Part shown: positions 50,146 to 61,949 of the stretch, piece by piece | Layout: every line of letters begins with the position of its first letter | Numbering within the stretch: the stretch's first letter is position 1 | NCBI GenBank assembly: GCA_028826165.1 | Contig: JAPDFW010000114.1 | Location: forward strand, 930,001-994,000 | Source of the DNA: Anaeramoeba ignava BMAN | Taxonomy: Eukaryota; Protista; Anaeramoebae | DNA: 64,000 bases | Reading direction: 5' to 3' | Notes under the pieces: generated by a model | Databases searched by the model: none | Seen by the model: the letters and a program-made list of their open reading frames with translations, nothing else | What the model was told of the DNA's origin: nothing | Translations under genes and position numbers: made by a program

Positions 50146-52968
50146 ATGTTATTAAAAAGATTTTTCAGTCAAAGTTCAACAGGTTCAATGATAAATCGAG
50201 TGAATATTGGGATTTTTGGAGCGATGAATGCAGGAAAAAGTACATTAATGAACTTAATTACACAACAACCAACAAGTATTGTTGATAAAAAACCAGGAAC
50301 AACAGCAGATACCAAAATTGCTCTCATGGAAATTCATTCTTTGGGTCCTGTTAAATTGTTTGATACTGCTGGTTTAGATGAAATTGGTCCTCTTGGTTTA
50401 AAAAAAAAAGAAAAAACTGTTTCTGTTATTAAAGAAACTGATCTTGTTTTATTGATTATTGATCCAACTGAAAATATTACTCTTGAAACTACAAATGAAA
50501 TTTTACAAGTCTCAAAATTAAGAAGCAAAAAAGTAGATTTTTATTAATTCCAAAATTCAAATCAAAATCAAAATCAAAATCAATTAAAATCAAATTAAAT
50601 TAAATTAAAATCTAAATCAAAATCAAAATCAAAATCAAAATCAAAATCAATTTCAAATCAAATAAAATTAAAATTAAAATCAAAATCAAAATCAAAATCA
50701 AAATCAAATTAAATCAAAATTAAAATCAAAATCAAAATCAAAATCAAAATTAAAATTAAATTTAAATCAAATTAAATCAAAATCAAAATCAAATTAAATC
50801 AAAATTAAATTAAATTAAATTAAATCAAAATCAAAATTAAAATCAAAATTAAATCAAAATCAAAATTAAAATCAAAATTAAAATCAAAATCAAAATTAAA
50901 TCAAAATCAAAATCAAAAATTAAATCAAAATCAAAATTAAAATCAAAATTAAAATCAAAATCAAAATCAAATTAAATCAAAATTAAATTAAATTAAATTA
51001 AATCAAAATCAAAATTAAAATCAAAATTAAATCAAAATCAAAATTAAAATCAAAATTAAAATCAAAATCAAAATCAAAATTAAAATCAAAATCAAAAATT
51101 AAATCAAAATCAAAATTAAAATCAAAATCAAAATCAAAATCAAAATCAAATTAAAAATTAAAAATCAAAATCAAAATCAAATTTAAATCAAAATCAAAAT
51201 CAAAATTAAAATTAAAATCAAAATCAAATCAAAATCAAAATCAAAATTAAAATCAAAATCAAAATCAAATCAAATCAAAATCAAAATTAAAATCAAATTT
51301 AAATTCAAAATCAAAATCAAATTAAATTGAAAATCAAAATCAAAATCAAAATCAAAATCAAAATCAAAATCAAAATTAAAATCAAAATCAAAATTAAAAT
51401 TAAAATAAAATTAAAATTGTTTTATAGGTTTTGATTATTTATAATATTTTTGCTGATAAAGTTAAAGCTTTTGAAGATTCAAATAACAAAACAATTAATC
51501 AAAGAATCAAGGAATTACATTCAAATTTTAAAAAACAATTCCGAAAGTAATTTATAAATAAAAAAGAAAGAAACTTTAGATAAATTAATAATTCATTTTA
51601 AAAATAGAGTGGAAAAATTAGAAGTTGATTTAAGTCAAAAAGATAGTGGAAAAATAATATTTGAATATATGAGAAAAAATTGGGCAGATTTTCAACCTGA
51701 AGTACCACTTCTTCCTTCAATAATTGGAGATGGAAATTCAGTTGTTTTTTTAAATATTCCAATGGATGAAGAAACACCAAGTGGAAGATTATTAAGGTTA
51801 TTTAATATTTAATATTGAATATTTTATTTGAATATTTTATTTGAATATTTTATTTTGAATATTGAATATTGAATATTTATTTTTAATATTTAATATTGAA
51901 TATTTAATATTGAATATTTATTTTTAATATTTAATATTTATTTTGAATATTTAATATTGAATATTTATTTTGAATATTTATTTTGAATATTGAATATTTA
52001 TTTTGAATATTTATTTTGAATATTTAATATTGAATATTTATTTTGAATATTGAATATTTATTTTGAATATTTAATATTTAATATTTATTTTGAATATTTA
52101 TTTTAATAGACCACAAGCAATGGCTCAAGAATTTCTTTTGAGAAATTGGATTTCAACTTTTGCATATAGAATGGATTTAAAAAAAGCAAGAAGTCCAAAA
52201 GAAGAAATAAGAAGAATAGAAAAAGAAAGATTTTTGAAAGCAATCAATTCAATCAAAAACAATTTATCATTATTAGTAACAGATAGTCAAGCTATTGATA
52301 TAATTCATCCATGGACTCTTGATTCACAAGGAAATGAAATAGCAAATATTACTACATTTTCTATTATGATGGCAAATTATATGAGTGGAGGAAAATTAAA
52401 TCGTTTTATTGAAGGATTAGATGCTTTTTCTAAATTGAAAAAAGGTGATAAAGTTTTAATTTGTGAAGCTTGTAATCATGATAGAATTCTTGATGATATT
52501 GGAACTAAACAAATACCTGATAAAATTAAAAAGAAATGGGGAGAAAATACAATAGAAATTGATTTTGCATTTGGAAGAGAATATCAAAATAAGAAAATTT
52601 CAGATTATAAAGGTTTGATTTAATTTAATTTAATTTAATTTAATATTTATTTAATATTTATTTAATTTTTTTTTATATTTATATTTAATTAGTTGCACTT
52701 CATTGTGGAGGTAAAAATAATAATTCATTTTATTATTTTATTATTTTATTTTTTTATTTTTTGTTCCACTTTTTTTGATTAAAAATTTTTTGATTAAAAT
52801 TTTTTTTATAATAAAGGTTGTATGATTGATAAACAAAAAATGTCTTCTCGCCTTCAAGATTTAACAGATGCAGGAGTACCAATTACAAATTATGGAATTG
52901 TACTGTCTTATTTTAAATCAGATGAAGCATTAAAAAGAGTTCTTAAACCATGGATAAAGAAAAATTAA
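50146..52968 (+). CDS. hydF: [FeFe]-hydrogenase H-cluster maturation GTPase HydF (exons ~50146-50532, 51428-51546, 51608-51796, 52110-52612, 52693-52710, 52817-52968)
   Basis: GAMNAGKST P-loop, PGTTAD, FDTAG, ETPSGRLLRPQ, VTDSQA, TTFSI, EACNH...HCGGCM Fe-S ligands and GVPITNYG; leader MLLKRFFS. Confidence 0.93.
50555..51415. repeat. (AAAATC/AAAATT)n microsatellite in HydF intron 1
   Basis: Directly visible. Confidence 0.9.
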
Positions 52969-53011
52969 AAATTAAAAATTTTTTTTTTCATTTTTTTTTT
53001 TCATTTTTGAA

Positions 53012-54059
53012 ATGGATCTTAATCAATTAAGACAAAAACAAATTGATTTATTAAAACAAAGAAATCATGATATTACAACAATAAATAATAGTGAATTTCA
53101 TTTACCAATTTCTTTAGATAATGGAATTACAAAATTAAGAGTGTATTAAAAATTTTTTTTTCTTTTAAAAAAAAAACAAAAAATTTATCAAAAATGCAAA
53201 AAAAAAAAAATATTTAATAAAATTATATTGATTTAATCAACATTGAACCCATACACACAACAAAAAAACAACATTAAGAATTCTGCCACAGAATTTTCCA
53301 ATGGAACGACCATTAATTAAATTATCTCCACCTGTCAATCACGCAATAGTGAACGAAAATGGCGATATCATAAATTACGAAGATTTGAATAAATGGACAC
53401 AAAACTCTGATCTTGGGGTTATTGTGTACAGTATTAGCATAATAGTTTTTACTGAGGCAACATTGGCTATTAACCCAGAAAAACCACGAACTAACTTCGA
53501 AACTAATTTTCAAGAGAAAGAAGAAAAATATGAAAAAAAAAAGAAAAAAAAAGAAAAAGAAAAAAAAGGAAATGAAGATTTTCCTGAATTGAATAATTTG
53601 GATAATACACAGTTGCAAAAATTCTTGAATGATAAGGATACTTTAAAATATTTTATTGATAATCTTGATGAAGTGGTTTCAATGAGACAACTTCTTGAGC
53701 AATCAAGAGAAACAAATAATCATCTCGCAAAGAAAAATCTTTCACTTCAAGATTCTTTTTTGGAATCAAGAACAAAATTTATTTCAATGCAAGAACAAGT
53801 CAAGAAACAAGAGGAATTTATTCGCCAAAGTATTCAACAACAAGAAAATTATATTAAAAATTTTACTCCAAAAACTCTTGCTAGAAAATGTGAAGATGAA
53901 ATGTCAAAATTGGATGATGAATCTGAAGAAATTGCTCATAAATTTTTATCAAAAGAAATTGATCATTCTGTTTTTTTGAAAGAGTTTTTGGAAAAAAGAA
54001 AGATTTATCATATTCTTGATGCCAAAATGAAACGTTGCAATGGAGATCATATTTTTTGA
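53012..54059 (+). CDS. VPS37: VPS37-like ESCRT-I subunit (UEV-like N-terminus + Mod(r) domain); intron 53143-53278
   Basis: LRVILPQNFPMERPLIKLSPPVNHAIV; C-terminal LDDESEEIAHKFL..FLKEFLEKRKIYH. Confidence 0.8.
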
Positions 54060-54210
54060 AAAAGAAAAAGAAAATATTATTTTAAAATATTATTTTTACT
54101 TTTTCAAAAAACAAATTATTTCATTTTTTTTCATTATCATTTTTTTTTTTTGAATTAAATTCTTTATAAAAAAATTCAAAAACAAAATTTAAAAATTTAA
54201 AATTTAAAAA

Positions 54211-57200
54211 ATGGATATTCGTAAAGCTATTCAACAAAATGATATTGAATTCATAAAACAAATTGATTCAATTCCTAAAGAATATTTTTTAAAACAATTA
54301 AATCCAATTTTACATTTTGCAATTAAAAAAAAAGTTTCAAAAGAAATGATTGAGATTTTAATTGAAAAAGGAATAGATCCAAATTCTCTTGATTATTTAA
54401 AAAGAAATTCCTTACATATTTTAGTTTCGAAAAAAACAAATTTTGAAATGATTGATTTTTTAATTGAAAAAGGAGTTGATATTAATGCAAAAACTGAGAA
54501 AAATGAAACAGTTTTACATTATGCAGTTGAAAAAAATTCACTTGAAATTATCAAATATTTAGTTGAAAAAGGTGTTGATATTAATCAAAAATCAGATAGA
54601 AGTGAAACAATTTTACATTATGCTTGTAAAAACGAAGATAATCCCTTTGAAATTATCAAATATTTAGTTGAAAAAGGTGTTGATATTAATGCAAACTCAA
54701 AATGGGAAAATGAAACAATTTTACATTCTGCTTGTAAAAGTAAAAATAATTCACTTGAATTTGTTCAATATTTAATTGAAAAAGGAATTGATATTAACGC
54801 ACAAACAAATTTTAAAATTGAAACTGCTTTGCATTTTGCTTGTAAAAATGAAAATAACTCATTTGAAATTATCAAATATTTAATTGAAAAAGGAGGTGAT
54901 ATTAATGCAAAAACAAAACAAAATGAAACAGCTTTACATTTTACTTGCCAAAATAAAAATAATTCACTTGAAATTATCAAATATTTAATTGAAAAGGGAA
55001 TTGATATTAATGCAAAAACAGAACAAAATGAAACTGCTTTACATTTTGCTTGTCAAAATAATTCATTTGAAATTATTAAATATTTAATTGAAAAAGGAAT
55101 TGATATTAATACAAAAACAAAAGAAAATGAAACAATTTTACATTCTGCTTGCCAAAATAAAAATAATTCACTTGAAATTATCAAGTATTTAATTGAAAAA
55201 GGAATTGATATTAATGCAAAAACAAAAGAAGATGAAACAGTTTTACATTTTGCTTGTCAAAATAATTCACTTGAAATTATTAAATATTTAATTGAAAAAG
55301 GAATTGATATTAATGTAAAAACAAAAGAAAATGAAACAATTTTACATTCTGCTTGCAAAAGTAAAAATAATTCATTTGAAATTATTAAATATTTAATTGA
55401 AAAAGGAATTGATATTAATGCAAAAACAAAAGGGGATGAAACTGCTTTGCATTTTGCTTGTAAAAATAATAATAGTTCATTTGAAATTGTTCAATATCTA
55501 ATTGAAAAGGGAATTGATATTAATGCACAAACAGATTTTAAAATGGAAACCGCTTTACATATTGCTTGCCAAAATAATAATAATTCTTTTGAAATTATCA
55601 AATATTTAATTGAAAATGGTATTAATATCAATGCAAAAAATGGCAAAATTGAAACTGCTTTACATATTGCTTGTTACAAAAAATTACCATTTGAAATTAT
55701 CAAATATTTAGTTGAAAAAGGAATTGATATCAATATAAAAAACTATTTTAAGGAAACTGCTCTACATCTTGCTTGCGAAAAAAAATTACCACTTGAAATT
55801 ATCAAATACTTAGTTGAAAAAGGAGCAAATGTTAATGCAATGACAAATCAAAAAAATAAAACAGTTTTGCATTATGCTTGCCAGCATAAAACATCACCTG
55901 AAGTTATTAAATATTTAATTGAAAAAGGAATTGATATTCATGCCAAATCAGAAGCAAATGAAACAGCCTTACATTTCGCTTGTGGGAATGATGCACCATT
56001 TGAAGTTATTAAATTATTAATTGAAAAAGGAATTGATATTCATGCCAAATCAGATCAAAATAAAACAGCTTTACATAATGCTGTTGGTCACAATAAATCA
56101 CTTGAAGTTATTAAATATTTAGTTGAAAAAGGAATAGATATTCATGCCAAAACAAAAAATGAAGAAACTCTTTTACATATTGTTTGTCAAAATTCAGATA
56201 TTTCAATTGCCATTGTACAATTTCTAATTGAAAGAGGAATTGATATTAACGCTAAAACAAATGAAGATAAAACAGCCCTTTTAATATTAATTAGAAAAAA
56301 AAACTACAATCTTATTAAATTAATATTGATGCATGATCCAAATATTTTTTGTTTTAAGCCAAAACAACAAGAGCAAGAGCAATATAAAAAACAACAAGAA
56401 ATTACAAAAGAACTTGCTGATCCATTTTTTCGAGTTTATTCATTAAATGAAGACATGAACAATCTATTAAAATCAGATGGTGATCATTTCTCAGATTTAA
56501 AAATTGAATCAAATGAAGGTTCAAAATTTAATGTTCACAAATTGATTCTTTTAACAAGATTCAACAATGATGTTTCAATTTTACAAAAATTTATCAATAT
56601 TTGTTTGCAAAAACCCAAACAAGATGTTGAATTAGCTTTGAATTTTCTTTATACTGGTTTTCCTAATTTTGAAGAATTGAATCAAAAATTAAATCAAAAA
56701 AAGTTGGAAGTGTTTAGCTTAAGCTCTATATTTATCTTTTCGCCAGAACAAAAAAAATTAGAGGAAGAAATTAAAGCAGAAAAGGAAAAGGAAAAGAAAA
56801 TTAAAGATATTTTCAAAAAAATTGGATTTGATTCTAATTGGATAAATCAAAAAAAAGGAAGAATAGGAATTTTGAAAGATTTGCATCAATTATATCAACA
56901 AGAAACAACAAAAGATTTCACAATAATTTGTTCAGAAAATGATAAAGAAAAAGAAATCAAAGTTCATAAATTAATTTTAATAATGAGAAGTGAATTATTT
57001 AAAGGGATGTTTGAATTAAATGTTTCAGACACTTCTAATCAAGTTCATGATTATTCAGGAAAGTCATTTGAAACGATTAATCAATTAGTTTATTTCTTTT
57101 ATCATGATGAATTTGATGAAACAAAAGAAATTACAAAACAAATTATTCAAGAATTTGGAGATTTAAAAGATTATTTTCAATTAAATCAAAATTCAATAAT

Positions 57201-57246
57201 TGATTTTATTTTATTTTTATTAAGAATCAAAGGGAAAGATATTTAA
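54211..57246 (+). CDS. Intronless ankyrin-repeat (about 20 repeats) + BTB protein
   Basis: Repeats of ETALHFACxNNSFEIIKYLIEKGIDINAKT; C-terminal KDFTIIC..IKVHKLILIMRSELFKGMF. Confidence 0.93.
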   Translation: MDIRKAIQQNDIEFIKQIDSIPKEYFLKQLNPILHFAIKKKVSKEMIEILIEKGIDPNSLDYLKRNSLHILVSKKTNFEMIDFLIEKGVDINAKTEKNETVLHYAVEKNSLEIIKYLVEKGVDINQKSDRSETILHYACKNEDNPFEIIKYLVEKGVDINANSKWENETILHSACKSKNNSLEFVQYLIEKGIDINAQTNFKIETALHFACKNENNSFEIIKYLIEKGGDINAKTKQNETALHFTCQNKNNSLEIIKYLIEKGIDINAKTEQNETALHFACQNNSFEIIKYLIEKGIDINTKTKENETILHSACQNKNNSLEIIKYLIEKGIDINAKTKEDETVLHFACQNNSLEIIKYLIEKGIDINVKTKENETILHSACKSKNNSFEIIKYLIEKGIDINAKTKGDETALHFACKNNNSSFEIVQYLIEKGIDINAQTDFKMETALHIACQNNNNSFEIIKYLIENGININAKNGKIETALHIACYKKLPFEIIKYLVEKGIDINIKNYFKETALHLACEKKLPLEIIKYLVEKGANVNAMTNQKNKTVLHYACQHKTSPEVIKYLIEKGIDIHAKSEANETALHFACGNDAPFEVIKLLIEKGIDIHAKSDQNKTALHNAVGHNKSLEVIKYLVEKGIDIHAKTKNEETLLHIVCQNSDISIAIVQFLIERGIDINAKTNEDKTALLILIRKKNYNLIKLILMHDPNIFCFKPKQQEQEQYKKQQEITKELADPFFRVYSLNEDMNNLLKSDGDHFSDLKIESNEGSKFNVHKLILLTRFNNDVSILQKFINICLQKPKQDVELALNFLYTGFPNFEELNQKLNQKKLEVFSLSSIFIFSPEQKKLEEEIKAEKEKEKKIKDIFKKIGFDSNWINQKKGRIGILKDLHQLYQQETTKDFTIICSENDKEKEIKVHKLILIMRSELFKGMFELNVSDTSNQVHDYSGKSFETINQLVYFFYHDEFDETKEITKQIIQEFGDLKDYFQLNQNSIIDFILFLLRIKGKDI

Positions 57247-58790
57247 ATCAATTCAAATCAATTCAAATCAATTCAATATTCAATTTCAAATTCAAATCAA
57301 ATTCAATTCAAATCAATTCAAAATTTCAATTCAATTTCAATTCAATTTCAATCAAATTCAATTCAATTTCAATTCAAATTTACCCAAATTCAATTCAAAA
57401 ATCAATTCAAATCAATTCAAATTCAATTCAAAATTATTCAAATCAATTTATTCAAATTCAATTCAATCCAACAATTTTTCAATTCAATTCAATTCAATTT
57501 AATTCAATTTAATTCAATTTAATTCAATTTAATATTTAATTCAATTTAATTCAATATTTCAATTCAATTTAATATTCAATTCAATTTCAATATTCATATT
57601 CAATATTCAATATTCAATATTATTTTTAATTTATTATTTAAATTTCAATTATTCAATTCAATATTCAATTCAATTCAATTCAAATTCAATTTTAATATTC
57701 ATTCAATATTCCAAATTTAATTCAATTTCAAAATTCAATTCAATTTTAATTATTCAATTCAATTTCAATTCAAATTTAAATTCAATTCAATTTAATATTC
57801 AATATTCAATTCATTTTAATTTAATTCAATTTAATTCAATCAATTTTTATTTCAATTCAATTTAATATTTAATTCAATTTAATATTTAATATTCAATTTG
57901 ATTCAATTTAATTTAATATTCAATTCCAATTTAATATTTAATATTCAATATTAATTCAATTTTTCAATATTCAATATTCAATATTTAATTTAATTCAAAT
58001 TTAAATTATTTTCCAAATTCAATTTAATATTTAATATTTATTTAATATTCAATTTAAATTAATTATTCAATATTCAATATTCAATATTTAATTTTATTCA
58101 ATTTAATTTCAAAATTCAATATTTAATATTCAATATTCAATATTTAATTCAATTCAATTCAATTCAATTTAATTCAATTTAATTTAATATTCAATATTCA
58201 ATTTAATTCAAATTCAATTCAATTAAAATTCAATTTAATATTTCAATATTCAAAATTTCAATTCAAATTCAATTCAATTCAATATTTCAATTTTAATTAT
58301 TCAATATTCAATTCAATATTTAATATTTATTATTTAATTTCAAATCAATTCAAATCAATTCAATTTAAAATTTAATATTTAATTTAATTCAAATCAATTC
58401 AAATTCAATTCATTTTCAATTTCAATTCAATATTTAATATTCAATTTAATTTAATATCAATTATTCAATTTATTTAATATTTAAATTTAATTTATTTTTT
58501 AATTTAATATTTAATATTAATTTAATCAATTTTTATTTAATATTTATTTATTTTTAATTTAATTCAATTTAATTCAATATTTAATTCAATATTCAATTTA
58601 ATATTTATTTTAATAATTATTTATTTAATATTTATTTAATATAATTCAATTCAATTCAATTCAATATTTAATTCAATATTCAATTTAATATTCAATTCAA
58701 TTTAATATTTAATTCAATTCAATTTAATATTCAATTTAATATTTAATTCAATATTCAATTCAATATTTGATATTTAATTTAATTCAAATA
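57247..58790. repeat. Degenerate AATTC/AATATTC microsatellite, about 1.5 kb
   Basis: Directly visible. Confidence 0.85.
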
Positions 58791-58921
58791 AATTATTTCC
58801 AAATCATCCAAATGATTTTTTTTTGATGATGTGTCTGATTTTTTTTAAAAAAGATTTTTTTGTTTTTTTTTGTTTTTCATTTTTCATTTTTCAATTTTCC
58901 ATTTTTTTTATCATTTAAAAA

Positions 58922-60507
58922 ATGTCTATTGAAAAAAGTAAAAAAATTCAAATTAATTAATAAAAAATAATCAAATTTTTAAATAAATAAAAAAAATAAT
59001 CAAATTTTTAAACAAAAAAGAAACATCTAAAGCAATTACCGCAGAAATTTATAATGCTATAAAAGGTAGTTCTTTAATTAGAAAGATGTTTGAAGAAGGA
59101 GCAAGATTAAAAGTAAGTTTTATTTTTTTTAAGATAATTTTAATTGAATTTAAAATTTAAAATTTGAATTTTGAATTTATTTTTTTAGAAATTATATGGT
59201 AATGAAAATGTACAAGATCTTTCAATAGGAAATCCAACTTTAGATCCTCCTCAAATATTTAAAGAAAATTTACTTAAACATGCAAAAAATATTCCTCCTC
59301 AAGGTCATGGTTATATTCCAAATATTGGACTTCCTGAAACACAAGAAGCAATAGCAAAAATGCTTTCCAATATTGAAAAAATAAATATTCCAAAAGATAA
59401 TGTTATTGTTGTAAGAATTTTATAAAATCTTTTTTTTGCTTTTTTTCAATTAATTTTCCTTTCTCTTTTTTTTTGCTTTTTTTCAATTAATTTTCCTTTC
59501 TCTTTTTTTTTGCTTTTTTTTGATTGGTTTTTCGAATTTTTTCCTTTCTTTATTTTATTCATTTTCTTTGATAACAAAACCATAATTTTGCCTTTCAATA
59601 AAAACACAAAATTATCTTTAAAAAGACAAGCGGAGCTGCAGGGGGTATGAATATAATATTCAGAAGTATTTTAGAGCAAGACGATGAAGTGATCGTTTTG
59701 CTTCCTTTTTTCCCTGAGTATGAATGGTATGCTAAGAACTGGCGAGGAAAAGTTGTTAAGGTTGAAACTGACGAGAAGTTTCATCCAAATATTGAGAAAA
59801 TTGAAGCCGCGATTACAGAGAAAACTAGAGCAATTATAATCAACTCACCAAATAACCCAAGTGGGGCAGTATATACACAAGACGAGATCAACAAAATCGG
59901 AGAACTACTTCGCAAATATTCGAAGAAACACGACAGACCTATTTACATGATCTCAGACTCGCCATATATGCGATTGTGCTATGATGGAATTGAACCAGCT
60001 TCGATATTTTTAGCATATGAAAATTCGTTTGAGGTTGGATCTTTTAGTAAAGATATGAGCATTCCTGGAGAGCGTATGGGATATGTGATTGTGAATCCAA
60101 ACTGTGAGTATTCCAAGGATTTGATTAATGCGTTTGTGCTCTGCAACAGGATTCTTGGGTTTGTCAACGCGAACAGATTTTTTCAGAAAATTATTGCTGA
60201 TTCTTTACCGGCAATTGCTGATATCAAAATTTATGATAAACTTCGTAAGATTATTTACAACGGTTTAACTGAATCTGGTTTTGAATGTGTTGAACCAAAA
60301 GGTGCTTTCTATATTTTCCCCCGCGCTCCTAAAGGTCATGATGGTACTTCTTTTACTCAAATAATGGCAAAGAAAAATGTTCTTATTGTTCCTGGTGTTG
60401 CTTTTGGTTCTCCTGATTTCTTTAGAATTTCTTATGCTACTAATGAATCAACCCTTCGAAAAGCTATCCCATTATTTAAACAAGCTTTGGATGAAATACG
60501 CAAATGA
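58922..60507 (+). CDS. PLP-dependent class I/II (aspartate-type) aminotransferase, bacterial-like (exons 58922-58937, 59021-59112, 59189-59410, 59626-60507)
   Basis: [57 protein letters not shown] (PLP lysine), PKGAFYIF and FRISYA. Confidence 0.9.
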
Positions 60508-60781
60508 TGATTTTTCTTTTTTCTTTCTTCTTCTTTTTTTTTTAATTACAAAATCCTTTTTTTTCTTTCTTTCTTTTTTTCTTTTTTTTTAATAACAAAA
60601 ACATTTGAATTCGAAAAACGGATTCAATCAATTTAAATTAAAAAAAAAAAAGATCAATAAAATCCATTTAAAAACAAAATTTAAATCAATTTCTTAAAAT
60701 AAATTTTATTTAAAAAAGAATTGAGAAAAATTTTTTCATTTTTTCATTTTTCATTTTTCATTTTTCATAAAATTTTTAAAA

Positions 60782-61852
60782 ATGTTCTTTAATAAACAAG
60801 GTTGGCAAAAAATCGAACCAATAAGCACAAAAAACCCACAAAAAAGAATCAAATCAGCAGGAATTTTAACAGAAAACGATGAATTAATAATATATGGAGG
60901 AGTTGAATGGGACACATATCAAGATCTATGGGTATTTGATCTACGACAAGCAAAATGGGAAGAAAAAGCAACAAAAGGAGAACGACCAGGGAATTTATTA
61001 GGACACACATGCACACAATATGGGAACAAAATGATTTTATTTGGGGGAATGAATGGAAAATGTTCAAACGAATTATACGAACTTGATTTGAAGACATTTG
61101 AATGGAAAAAACTAAGGAAATGCCCGTACAAAGGCAGACACAGCCAAACAGCATGTCTTGAAGAAGAAACATCAACAATTTGGTTTTTTGGGGGATATTT
61201 AGGAAAAAGCGAAAGAAGTAACGAAATGATCACTTATAACATAAAGAAAAATAAGTGGCATAAATACCATATGTACGGCGATGTACCGTCGCCAAGAAGC
61301 TCGTGCTCGGCTATATTATGGAAGCATTTCATCTATCTTTTTGCGGGTTATAATGAAAATGTTGGATATTATAATAATCTCTATTCTTTTAATACTCAAA
61401 ATTTGACTTGGACTGAAATTGTTAAGCCAAATGCTCCTTCTCCAAGAGATCGATGCTCTTGTTGGGTGGATTATTCTCAGAACAAAATGATGGTGTTTGG
61501 AGGAATGACTGATGATGATTGTTTTTCTTCTCTTTATTCCTTTGATTTGGATTTCCATTTTTGGGAAGATATTACCCCTTATAATCTCATTAACCAACCC
61601 AAAAAAGACAAACCCCAATCAGTTTCATCTTCGAGTTTTGAAACACAGAAGAAGTTTCAATGGGCGCCGCAAAGTGGTGGTCATGTTGTTTGTTCTTCTC
61701 TTAGAACTCATTATATTGTTCTTTTTTCTGGTCAAAAAAAAACTAAAAATAGTTTTGATTATTCTAATTCTGTTTATGTTTTTCAATCTTTACCTGATAT
61801 TACTCAAGATTTACTTAATTTTGCTCAAGCACCAATTTTACAAGATATTTAG
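60782..61852 (+). CDS. Kelch-repeat beta-propeller protein
   Basis: Repeated IIYGG/LFGG/FFGG/VFGG strands and PSPR motifs. Confidence 0.88.
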   Translation: MFFNKQGWQKIEPISTKNPQKRIKSAGILTENDELIIYGGVEWDTYQDLWVFDLRQAKWEEKATKGERPGNLLGHTCTQYGNKMILFGGMNGKCSNELYELDLKTFEWKKLRKCPYKGRHSQTACLEEETSTIWFFGGYLGKSERSNEMITYNIKKNKWHKYHMYGDVPSPRSSCSAILWKHFIYLFAGYNENVGYYNNLYSFNTQNLTWTEIVKPNAPSPRDRCSCWVDYSQNKMMVFGGMTDDDCFSSLYSFDLDFHFWEDITPYNLINQPKKDKPQSVSSSSFETQKKFQWAPQSGGHVVCSSLRTHYIVLFSGQKKTKNSFDYSNSVYVFQSLPDITQDLLNFAQAPILQDI

Positions 61853-61949
61853 AAAGAAAAATAAAAATGAATTAATTTTAATTTAAATTTTGATTTTAAT
61901 TTTGATTTTGATTTTAATTTAGATTTTGATTTAAATTTTGATTTAAATT

